Positions 50,412 to 57,702 of a stretch of 64,000 nucleotides of DNA are shown in pieces. The stretch's first letter is position 1. Every line of letters starts with the position of its first letter. Where the stretch lies: positions 4,787 through 68,786 of the forward strand of contig JAXHNE010000002.1 in NCBI GenBank assembly GCA_034520885.1. Direction: 5' to 3'. This DNA comes from Candidatus Saccharimonadota bacterium (GTDB taxonomy: Bacteria > Patescibacteriota > Saccharimonadia > Saccharimonadales > JAXHNE01). Made by a program: the position numbers and the translations under genes. Below the pieces are notes generated by a model that was given only the letters and a program-made list of their open reading frames with translations, made no database searches and had not been told where the DNA came from.

Positions 50412-51521
50412 CTAAAAGAATCGGCGCACATCAACGATAGTAATTAACACGATCACGCCCATCAAAAACAGAAAGCCGGTGCCATGAATCAGCTCTTCGG
50501 TTTTTTGCGTCAGCGGCTTTTTCACGGCGCGGAATGCGAGCGTCACGAACGCGCGGCCACCGTCCAATGCCGGAATGGGCAAAATATTAACCACCGCCAA
50601 ACTGACGGATATCAGGCCGATGATGTGAAAAACCCGTATTAAGCCCATGGAGGAAGAATCACTCAATATTTTAAACACCGCCACCGGACCGCCAACGTTA
50701 TCGGTCGCTCGGTCGGTTTGCCCCGCGAACAAGCTTTGCACCACGTAGCCCAGACCACGCAAAGTCACGTCGGCGAACTGGAAGGTCGTTCCGGCTCCTA
50801 CGACCGGTGCCGACCACCCATAACGCAGAATCGTAGAATTTACCGGCGCCACGCCCAAATACGCCTGGTCTTCTTGGCGCTCTTGGTTTAACTCGGCGCG
50901 GACGACACCGCTTTCTCCGCTGCGCTCGTAAGCCACGTCAATCGTTTGGCCGCTATATTTTTCGGTAAGATTCGGCAGCTGCTCCGCGTCGGAGACATTG
51001 TCGGTGCCGATCCGGGTAATTTCATCGCCCGACTGAAGCCCCGCCTCGGCGGCGGGCGACCCGTCGACTACCGAAACCAATACGTTATTCGCTACCTGCG
51101 TTTCATCGGATGCCACGGTGAATTGTTCTTGCTCGTAAAATGGCAGAGCTTCCAGGTTGGCCCGGGGCATACCGAATAACGCGACAATAGTGAACAGCAC
51201 CCAAGCCGCCAGCAAGTTCATCACCACGCCGGCCACCATAATTTTCATTTTGGTCTTTAGGCCGGCCGCGCCGTAGCTGCCGGGGCGCGTGTCGCTATCG
51301 TGTTCGCCCTTTAGTTTGACGAACCCGCCGAGCGGCAACCAATTCAAGGTGTATTCCGTGCCATTTTTGCGCGTAAGGGTTTTGGCTTTTGGCGGGAACC
51401 CGATACCGAACTCCTCGACCTCCACGCCGTTACGGCGCGCGGCGATAAAGTGGCCGAACTCGTGCACTACCACCAAACCGATGAATAAAATCAGGCCGAT
51501 AATCAAAAAAGGTATTGCCAT
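50412..51521 (-). CDS. rseP: RIP metalloprotease RseP (M50 site-2 protease with PDZ)
   Basis: HEFGHFIAAR, a PDZ segment, and NILPIPALDGG. Confidence 0.92.
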   Translation of the reverse strand: MAIPFLIIGLILFIGLVVVHEFGHFIAARRNGVEVEEFGIGFPPKAKTLTRKNGTEYTLNWLPLGGFVKLKGEHDSDTRPGSYGAAGLKTKMKIMVAGVVMNLLAAWVLFTIVALFGMPRANLEALPFYEQEQFTVASDETQVANNVLVSVVDGSPAAEAGLQSGDEITRIGTDNVSDAEQLPNLTEKYSGQTIDVAYERSGESGVVRAELNQERQEDQAYLGVAPVNSTILRYGWSAPVVGAGTTFQFADVTLRGLGYVVQSLFAGQTDRATDNVGGPVAVFKILSDSSSMGLIRVFHIIGLISVSLAVVNILPIPALDGGRAFVTLAFRAVKKPLTQKTEELIHGTGFLFLMGVIVLITIVDVRRFF

Positions 51522-51542
51522 TTATAAATCTCCACCCATTAT

Positions 51543-52268
51543 TTAAGTTCCGAAACGTCTCTTTCTCGTACCGTACCAGTCTAGCGCATCCTGGAAATCT
51601 TGTAACGTAAAATCCGGCCATAGTTTTTGCGCGAAATACAGTTCGCTATACGCCGCGCGTAAAAGCATGAACCCGCTGGTGCGTTGTTCCCCGGAGGTGC
51701 GAATCACTAAATCCACCGGTGGAATCATGTCGCCTTCATACAAAAGCGAGTGCAAAACGTCCTTGCTCATGTCCTCCGGAGCGATTCTCTTTTCCAAGGC
51801 TTTTTTGTAAACGTCAATCAACTCGTCTTCCCCGCCGTAGTTAAAACACAGCGCCAACGTGCCTTTGGTATTATCTTTGGTTTTTTCTTCCGTTCGGGCA
51901 ATGGCCCGGGCCACGTTTTTGGGGATGTCGGTTTTACGCCCCAAAATTACGATTTTGATTCCCGCTTTATGAAAAGTGTCCAGGTAGTTTTCCACCGCTT
52001 TGGTGACCAACTTCATTAAATACCCGACTTCTTCTTCGGTGCGTGACCAGTTTTCGCTGGAAAACACGAACGCCGAAAGGTACTTTACGCCGCGATCAAA
52101 CGCCCCGAGCGCAATCTCCTTAAAAACTTCCGCGCCTTCCCGGTGCCCTTCCATTGTCGGCAAGCCCTTGGCTTTCGCCCACCGCCGATTACCGTCTAGA
52201 ATTATTCCAACGTGAGTGGGCACGGATTGGGGATTGAGGATTGGGGATTGAGGAGATTCAGTTGGCAT
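51543..52268 (-). CDS. uppS: isoprenyl transferase (undecaprenyl diphosphate synthase)
   Basis: HVGIILDGNRRWAKAKG and RTSGEQRTSGFMLL. The start is either ATG 52268 or GTG 52223; the 15 codons between them are encoded by heptamer-word repeat. Confidence 0.9.
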   Translation of the reverse strand: MPTESPQSPILNPQSVPTHVGIILDGNRRWAKAKGLPTMEGHREGAEVFKEIALGAFDRGVKYLSAFVFSSENWSRTEEEVGYLMKLVTKAVENYLDTFHKAGIKIVILGRKTDIPKNVARAIARTEEKTKDNTKGTLALCFNYGGEDELIDVYKKALEKRIAPEDMSKDVLHSLLYEGDMIPPVDLVIRTSGEQRTSGFMLLRAAYSELYFAQKLWPDFTLQDFQDALDWYGTRKRRFGT

Positions 52269-52626
52269 TTTTACTCCGTAAAGAACCGTTGAGTGCATGA
52301 AGCATACGGGATATTATCGCACATTCTTTCAGTATTTCATCGGCCGGTAGTCGGTATACTTTTTGTGCAGTGATCACCTGTGTTTCGAGTTCGGCCAGCG
52401 AACCAAGAGCAATATCATTAAATCGGATCGTGTCTTTGTTCCCGAACCTTTTTTGACCTTCAGCGATATTTGACGCTACCGAGACTGCCGCCCTTTTCAT
52501 CTGATCGGCAAGAGCAAATTGTTCCGTCTTTGGTAGCTGTGTAATGAGTTCATAGTTTGTCACCGCGAGCTCGACCGCTCGCTGCCACACTTCCAGCTTT
52601 TGATATTCATGAGCACCCATACTCAA
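52258..52626 (-). CDS. four-helix-bundle protein (23S rRNA intervening-sequence protein / Avd-like family)
   Basis: YQKLEVWQRAVELAV...QMKRAAVSVASNIAEGQKRFGNKD...LGSLAELETQ is the family signature. The gene is flanked by inverted heptamer-word repeats. Confidence 0.85.
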   Translation of the reverse strand: MSMGAHEYQKLEVWQRAVELAVTNYELITQLPKTEQFALADQMKRAAVSVASNIAEGQKRFGNKDTIRFNDIALGSLAELETQVITAQKVYRLPADEILKECAIISRMLHALNGSLRSKNAN

Positions 52627-52673
52627 CCTTCCTCAATCTTCAGTCTTCCATCCCCTATCCGAAATAATGACGT

Positions 52674-53237
52674 CTAAACGGTCATTATTTCTGACTCTTT
52701 AACCTTGGCCGTCTCTTCGATTTCTTTTTTGACCTCGTTCATGGCTTGATCAACTTGGTCGCTTAAGCGCTTGGCGTCATCTTCGCTGACGTCGCCGTCT
52801 TTTTTGGCTTTGTTGATAGTGTCCATGGCGTCATGACGCGCGTTACGCAAGCTGATCATGGCATCTTCGGTTTTACCGCCCACGATTTTTACGTATTCGC
52901 GGCGGCGTTCCTCGGTCAGCGGCGGCACCGGAATACGCACTACTTTGCCGTCATCCATGGGGTTCATACCCAGGCCTTGGTCTTCGCGGATGGCTTTGCT
53001 GATAGCTTCCAGGTTGTTGGGGTCGTACGGCGTGATTTGCAAAAGCTGTGGTTCGGGCGCACTTACGCCACCGACCTGAATCAGCGGCATGGGCTGCCCG
53101 TAAGCTTCCACCGTAATGTTGTCCAGCATACTGGGATGCGCTCGCCCCGTACGCACCTTTTTGAGCTCTTCCATGAAGTGCTCCTGCGCCTGCTTAAATC
53201 CTTTTTTCGCGTCGTTAACCACTTGTTCCGGCGTCAT
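52674..53237 (-). CDS. frr: ribosome recycling factor
   Basis: 187 aa; the ...MLDNITVEAYGQPMPLIQVGGVSAPEPQLLQITPYD... pattern is typical of Frr. Confidence 0.95.
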   Translation of the reverse strand: MTPEQVVNDAKKGFKQAQEHFMEELKKVRTGRAHPSMLDNITVEAYGQPMPLIQVGGVSAPEPQLLQITPYDPNNLEAISKAIREDQGLGMNPMDDGKVVRIPVPPLTEERRREYVKIVGGKTEDAMISLRNARHDAMDTINKAKKDGDVSEDDAKRLSDQVDQAMNEVKKEIEETAKVKESEIMTV

Positions 53238-53280
53238 TTATCCTCCAATAATTTACTGGTATCAGTATACAGGATGTAGA

Positions 53281-54100
53281 GTTTGGACGGTAGAGGCGAG
53301 GAGTTGGTAGGTAGTAGATAGGAGATCGGGGATTGAGGATTGAGGATTGAGGAAAGAGTTCTGGGTTCATAGTTCATGGATAGGGTTTAGGGGCTAGGAG
53401 TTGGAAGATGGAAGTTGGAATTTGGTAGATAGAAGATGGTAGTTGGGAGTTAGTATTTCGTAGACAGTTGTCAGTTGTCCGTCTTCAGTAGTTGCGTTGT
53501 TCCAGGCTCTGGCTGAACTGATTGGACGATACGGGCAAAACCAGCAAACAAGCCTCAAGCTTGTTTTTTATGTAGTTACAACTGCCCTCGGCAGTTGTTC
53601 ACTTGGGCTCCAGGCTTCGAAAGCCTCCCCGGTAGTAGAACCAGTTCACTACGGGGCACGCCTGAGGAGCGAGTGTCAAAAGCACAATTTCTGCCGAGGA
53701 CTTGTTTGAGGGGTTGCCGGCTGAAGTATTTTGGCATACCCCGAGTTGTCCGAGCATTGTGCTTTTTGATAATGAGATCATAAAGAGGTTTTCGCGCCTG
53801 TGGCCTTTTTGGGGCACTTTTTGGCTACGCAAAAAGTGTCTGGGGGTGAAGCTGACCAGTCAGCTTCAATAATGACAGAACAAGATAGTGGGTCGGGAAA
53901 GCAAAAGCGAAGCTTTGCGCCGAAAAAACATACTTTGGGGCACTTTTTGGCCATGCAAAAAGTGCCTGACGGGAAGCTGACCAGACAGCTTCATATAATT
54001 CGTTACTGCCTACGATATTGATCGTATAGTTACAGTTGTCTAGCCCCTGTTGCAGAGCAATAATACTAGAATTAATACTAGTATTAATTCTAGTATTATT
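53281..54100. mobile_element. one-armed member of the foldback family: heptamer-word arm, roughly 590-bp structured non-coding core, perfect 42-bp AT palindrome
   Basis: Word arm at 53281-53470, hairpin modules at 53497-53995, palindrome at 54059-54100. The only ORFs here are short and inconsistent. Confidence 0.7.
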
Positions 54101-54120
54101 GAAGTTCCCCGCGAATGTTC

Positions 54121-54357
54121 TTACGCCCGGTCTCTCCCCCTGTCGCTAATGGCGGCACCGACCAAAAGCCCGAACCCGCCGGCTACCTCACCGTTGATAC
54201 TCTGTCCCGCGGCTTCGAAAAGTTCGGTTGAAACGCCGAAGACTCGCTCCGCAACAACCGCTACGCCCAACAACCCCAATCCGACCGCACCAGCCCATCT
54301 ACCAATGCGCTCCATCCTATTTACCGACCGGGGCGATTCAAAGTCTTCGAATTCCAT
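54121..54357 (-). CDS. small Gly/Ala-rich membrane protein
   Basis: 78-aa ORF with hydrophobic Gly-zipper-like segments, located 3 nt downstream of a similar small ORF. Confidence 0.45.
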   Translation of the reverse strand: MEFEDFESPRSVNRMERIGRWAGAVGLGLLGVAVVAERVFGVSTELFEAAGQSINGEVAGGFGLLVGAAISDRGRDRA

Positions 54358-54360
54358 TAC

Positions 54361-54540
54361 CTATGAGTCCAGTACTGATTTAACCGCGCCCACCGTGGCG
54401 ACCAGCGCGCCCGCAAGTGCCGCCGGGACCGAGTCAATATAAACGCCACCCATCAGTAAAGCGGCGCCTCCAAAAGCCATAAAGCGATCCATGGCCAGTT
54501 TTCGTTCTTGTGACTCCGCGTCTCGTTCCAAGTGATTCAT
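54361..54540 (-). CDS. small Gly/Ala-rich membrane protein (59 aa, below the ORF-track cutoff)
   Basis: Manual translation gives MNHLERDAESQERKLAMDRFMAFGGAALLMGGVYIDSVPAALAGALVATVGAVKSVLDS. Its layout matches the 78-aa neighbour. Confidence 0.4.
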   Translation of the reverse strand: MNHLERDAESQERKLAMDRFMAFGGAALLMGGVYIDSVPAALAGALVATVGAVKSVLDS

Positions 54541-54569
54541 CGGTTCGTTCCTTGCTTTAAATAAAAAGT

Positions 54570-55184
54570 CTATTCGCCAGTTTCGCCCAGCTCAAAGCGT
54601 GAAAAACGCCGTACCACGATGTTTTCACCCAAGCGGGCAATGTGTTCTTTGACGAACTTACCGACCGTTTTGTCCGGATCCTTGACGAACGATTGCTCCA
54701 TCAGGCAGCGCTCGGCAAAGTGCTTTTTTAACATTCCGTCGGTAATTTTATCAATCATGTCCTCCGTCCGCTGGCCAGTGGATGCCTCGCTCTTGGCTTT
54801 TTCGGCGAATTCTTGTTTTTTCTCTTCTTTTACGTCTTCGGGAATGGCTTCCATGTCCAGAAATTCCGGAGCGCTGGCGGCGATATGCATACACAAATCT
54901 TTCACCAAATCGGTAAAAATTTCGTTGCGGGCCACGAAGTCGGTTTCGCAGTTGACTTCCACGAGCACCCCGATACGACCGTCGTGGTCATAGGTGCTAA
55001 TCAGGCCGCTGCGGGCTTCGCGTTCACCGCGTTTTTCGGCTTTGGTCATACCTTTTTTGCGCATGGCTTCCAGCGCTTGGTCGTAGTCGCCACCCGCGTC
55101 TTCCAGCGCGGCTTTGGCGTCGGTTAATCCTACGCCGGTCAAGGCTTTCAATCGTTTTACGTCCTCAATATTTACTGCCATCAT
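54570..55184 (-). CDS. tsf: translation elongation factor Ts (short form)
   Basis: VKRLKALTGVGLTDAKAALEDAGGDYDQALEAMRKKG (UBA-like N-terminus) and VEVNCETDFVARN. Confidence 0.93.
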   Translation of the reverse strand: MMAVNIEDVKRLKALTGVGLTDAKAALEDAGGDYDQALEAMRKKGMTKAEKRGEREARSGLISTYDHDGRIGVLVEVNCETDFVARNEIFTDLVKDLCMHIAASAPEFLDMEAIPEDVKEEKKQEFAEKAKSEASTGQRTEDMIDKITDGMLKKHFAERCLMEQSFVKDPDKTVGKFVKEHIARLGENIVVRRFSRFELGETGE

Positions 55185-55411
55185 TCTTCTCCTTCATTGC
55201 TTGTTAGTTTGATGATCATCTTCGTTAATTCAGCTGCCGTTTGCGACAACTCTTCATCGCTCATTTTATCTTCTTCACCGAGAATTGAGCTCGCAAGGTT
55301 ATCGTGCCTAACCGTAATGTCCGCTAACTCATCCGGAGAGATAGTAGTTCCCTCTTCCTGGGCAAAGCGACTCAAATCCAGACCTTTACTTACTAACCGT
55401 TCGCTTAACAT
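55181..55411 (-). CDS. small acidic hypothetical protein between rpsB and tsf
   Basis: 76 aa from ATG 55411, preceded by GAAGGA. Its stop overlaps the tsf start (ATGA). The longer ORF-track form overlaps rpsB and is rejected. Confidence 0.5.
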   Translation of the reverse strand: MLSERLVSKGLDLSRFAQEEGTTISPDELADITVRHDNLASSILGEEDKMSDEELSQTAAELTKMIIKLTSNEGEE

Positions 55412-55430
55412 GATTATTCCTTCGTGTTGA

Positions 55431-56384
55431 TTAATCGGTTTTGGCTTGCGCGGGCTTCTTGGCCGCTGATGCGCTCGCCCCGTTTGATCCGCCGGTTGGC
55501 GGATTCTTTCCGGCGTCCTCTTTTTTGGCGGGCGCTGCTTTGGCTTTGGCCTTCCCTTTTTCAATCGCCGCCACCATGTAATCGGTTACCAGCTTAATGG
55601 CTTTAATGGCGTCATCGTTGCACGGAATCGGGTGATCAATGTCAGTCGGATCGGTGTTGGTGTCCACCAAGGCGACCACTGGAATATTCAGCCGGCGAGC
55701 TTCGCGTACGGCGTTGGCATCTTCGTTGATATCAATCACGAACATTGCGCCCGGCTTAGCGGTCATGTCTTTGATACCGCCGTAATTGTGGTTCATTTCG
55801 TCAATGTCTTCCTGGAACCGCTGCACCTCCAGCTTGTTGTACTTGGCCTCCAGCTGGCCGTTTTCCATGCGCTTTTCCAAATCTTTCAAGTGTTTGATGC
55901 GCGCGCCGATGGTGCTTTTATTGGTCAGCATGCCGCCGATCCAACGCTCTACCACGTAGGGCATGGCGGTTTGCTTGGCCGCGTCCTTAATAACGTCATA
56001 AGCTTGGCGCTTGGTGCCGACCATCAGTACCTGCTTGCCGTGAGCCGCGGTATTTTCCATGAACTTCATGGCGTCCTCAATCGCTTCCACCGTTTCGGTC
56101 AAGTCAATAATGTGCGTACCGCCACGTTTGCTGTGGATGTAGGGCGCCATTTTGGGGTGCCAGCGGCTGGTTTTATGGCCGAAATGCGCACCGGACTCCA
56201 TTAATTTTTTAATATCTACCCCGTCAGAAACGTTATTTGTCGGGGCTGATTTTTTGTTTTTAGTAGAAACGCTTTCACTGCGTGCGTTTCCTTCGGGGTC
56301 CACCCCGTCAGAAACGGTTGGTTTCTTCTGGGTAGCTTTTTTAGTTGCCCCGTTTTCTACGGGGTCGACGTCTGTCGTCGCCAT
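55431..56384 (-). CDS. rpsB: 30S ribosomal protein S2 with N- and C-terminal extensions
   Basis: LMESGAHFGHKTSRWHPKMAPYI, VLMVGTKRQA and IPVVALVDTNTDP. I prefer the start MATTDVDP at 56384. Confidence 0.93.
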   Translation of the reverse strand: MATTDVDPVENGATKKATQKKPTVSDGVDPEGNARSESVSTKNKKSAPTNNVSDGVDIKKLMESGAHFGHKTSRWHPKMAPYIHSKRGGTHIIDLTETVEAIEDAMKFMENTAAHGKQVLMVGTKRQAYDVIKDAAKQTAMPYVVERWIGGMLTNKSTIGARIKHLKDLEKRMENGQLEAKYNKLEVQRFQEDIDEMNHNYGGIKDMTAKPGAMFVIDINEDANAVREARRLNIPVVALVDTNTDPTDIDHPIPCNDDAIKAIKLVTDYMVAAIEKGKAKAKAAPAKKEDAGKNPPTGGSNGASASAAKKPAQAKTD

Positions 56385-56617
56385 GATGTATATCCTTTCA
56401 ACTTCGTCTTGGCGTTTGCCATAAAAGTTCCAAGCGGAAATCAATTATGGAGGATGTGCGTCCGGTGGTGATTTTTGTGCTTTTTATATCTTTGTTATGC
56501 AAAGACCACGAAAATCTACTACCGGGCCAAAACTGCTTAATTTATGACCACCGAATAGTAACAGGTTTGTTCACTTCGAGCAAGTAGTGGTATACTGCTG
56601 CTTTAAGAGGAGTAGCT

Positions 56618-56803
56618 ATGCGTAAAGGCAGAGAGGATATGGGTGGAGTAAGTTCTAACGAGGACTACACGCCTCCAGTTGGTCCAGACTCAAGCTCTCT
56701 ACCTCCCGCAGGGAATTTTCGAGATATAGACCCAGGGCTCGTGCCGCGAGTTACAGAGGATAGAGCACGTGACGTTGGAAGAATCGCCAACAAAAAGGAC
56801 TAA
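56618..56803 (+). CDS. possible small hypothetical protein
   Basis: 61-aa ORF with GAGGAG upstream and no other support. Confidence 0.3.
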   Translation: MRKGREDMGGVSSNEDYTPPVGPDSSSLPPAGNFRDIDPGLVPRVTEDRARDVGRIANKKD

Positions 56804-56925
56804 CGCGGTCTTGAATATTCCTTAACAGAGGTGTATACTTGCCCGAGTTACAAAAAACGTACGCTGACTGCAGCCAGGCTCACTGCTAACCAGCGCCAAT
56901 CATTAACGAGCTAGGATTTTGTTTT

Positions 56926-57276
56926 ATGAAAAAGGATATTCATCCCCAGAACTACCGCCCCGTGGTGTTTCAGGACTTAAACAACGACTGGGCAATTTTG
57001 ACCCGCTCCACCGCCGCGAGCGAGGAAACCATTAAGTGGGAGGACGGCAACGAATACCCGCTGGTAAAAGTACACATCTCCAGCAGTTCGCACCCCTTCT
57101 TCACCGGCCAGGAAAAACTGGTCGACATTGAAGGCCGAGTTGATAAGTTCAAGGCACGCCAAGATGCCGCCAAGTCCAAAGCCGACGCCATGAAAAAAGC
57201 CGCCGGCAAACAGCGCAAAAAACAACCCAAAGCCGACGAAACCCAGAAGATGGGTACGCTCAAGCGCAATAAGTAG
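56926..57276 (+). CDS. rpmE: 50S ribosomal protein L31 (type B, no Cys motif) with Lys-rich C-terminal extension
   Basis: [17 protein letters not shown]...[20 protein letters not shown]. Confidence 0.9.
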   Translation: MKKDIHPQNYRPVVFQDLNNDWAILTRSTAASEETIKWEDGNEYPLVKVHISSSSHPFFTGQEKLVDIEGRVDKFKARQDAAKSKADAMKKAAGKQRKKQPKADETQKMGTLKRNK

Positions 57277-57312
57277 TTGACAGTAATCAGTTGACAGTAG
57301 ACAGTTGTTGAT

Positions 57313-57651
57313 ATGAGTTCGTACCGTGACCTAAAAGTCTGGAAAGATTCATTTGAGCTAACAAAATTAGTTTATAAAGCTACTGTCAAGTTACCTTCAA
57401 ATGAAAAGTTCGGTCTCGCTTCACAAATACAGCGTTGCGCAGTCTCGATTCCGTCAAATATTGCAGAAGGCCAACAACGAAAAGGTGCAAACGAATTTAA
57501 ACAGTTTCTTGGGATAGCCCGCGGTTCTGCGGCCGAACTTTCAACGCAACTTCTGCTTGCCCAGGACATCTATTCTATCGAACTGGAAATACTTGTAGAA
57601 AAAACTGAAGAAATTCAAAAAATGCTCTATAGCTTGCAGCAAAAACTGTAA
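57313..57651 (+). CDS. four-helix-bundle protein (23S rRNA intervening-sequence protein / Avd-like family)
   Basis: YRDLKVWKDSFELTKLVY...QIQRCAVSIPSNIAEGQQRKGANEF...GSAAELSTQ. The gene is flanked by GTTGACAGT / CTGTAACCT word repeats. Confidence 0.85.
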   Translation: MSSYRDLKVWKDSFELTKLVYKATVKLPSNEKFGLASQIQRCAVSIPSNIAEGQQRKGANEFKQFLGIARGSAAELSTQLLLAQDIYSIELEILVEKTEEIQKMLYSLQQKL

Positions 57652-57702
57652 ACTGTAACCTGTAACCTGTAAACTAACCATTGTTACCTGTAAACTAGCC
57701 AT

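Noticed and set aside
53281-53470. G-quadruplex-forming potential of the GG-rich word arms
   Set aside because: Many GG runs at 2-5 nt spacing could form two-tetrad G4s, but this is pure speculation from composition. The complementary-arm (foldback) explanation accounts for the pattern, so I do not report it as a finding.
53520-53600. tmRNA-like tag frame (…KLVFYVVTTA) or another known small RNA in the element core
   Set aside because: No tRNA-like acceptor or T-arm (no GGTTCGA-type T-loop, no CCA context). The 'tag' does not end in a typical hydrophobic AA/LAA tail followed by a stop in a resume-codon context. The sequence is duplicated at 60755-60815.
55412-55564. Long form of the ORF 55181-55564 (Lys/Arg/Pro-rich N-terminus)
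   Set aside because: That part is an alternative frame of the rpsB 3' end. The internal ATG at 55411 has its own SD and starts after the rpsB stop.
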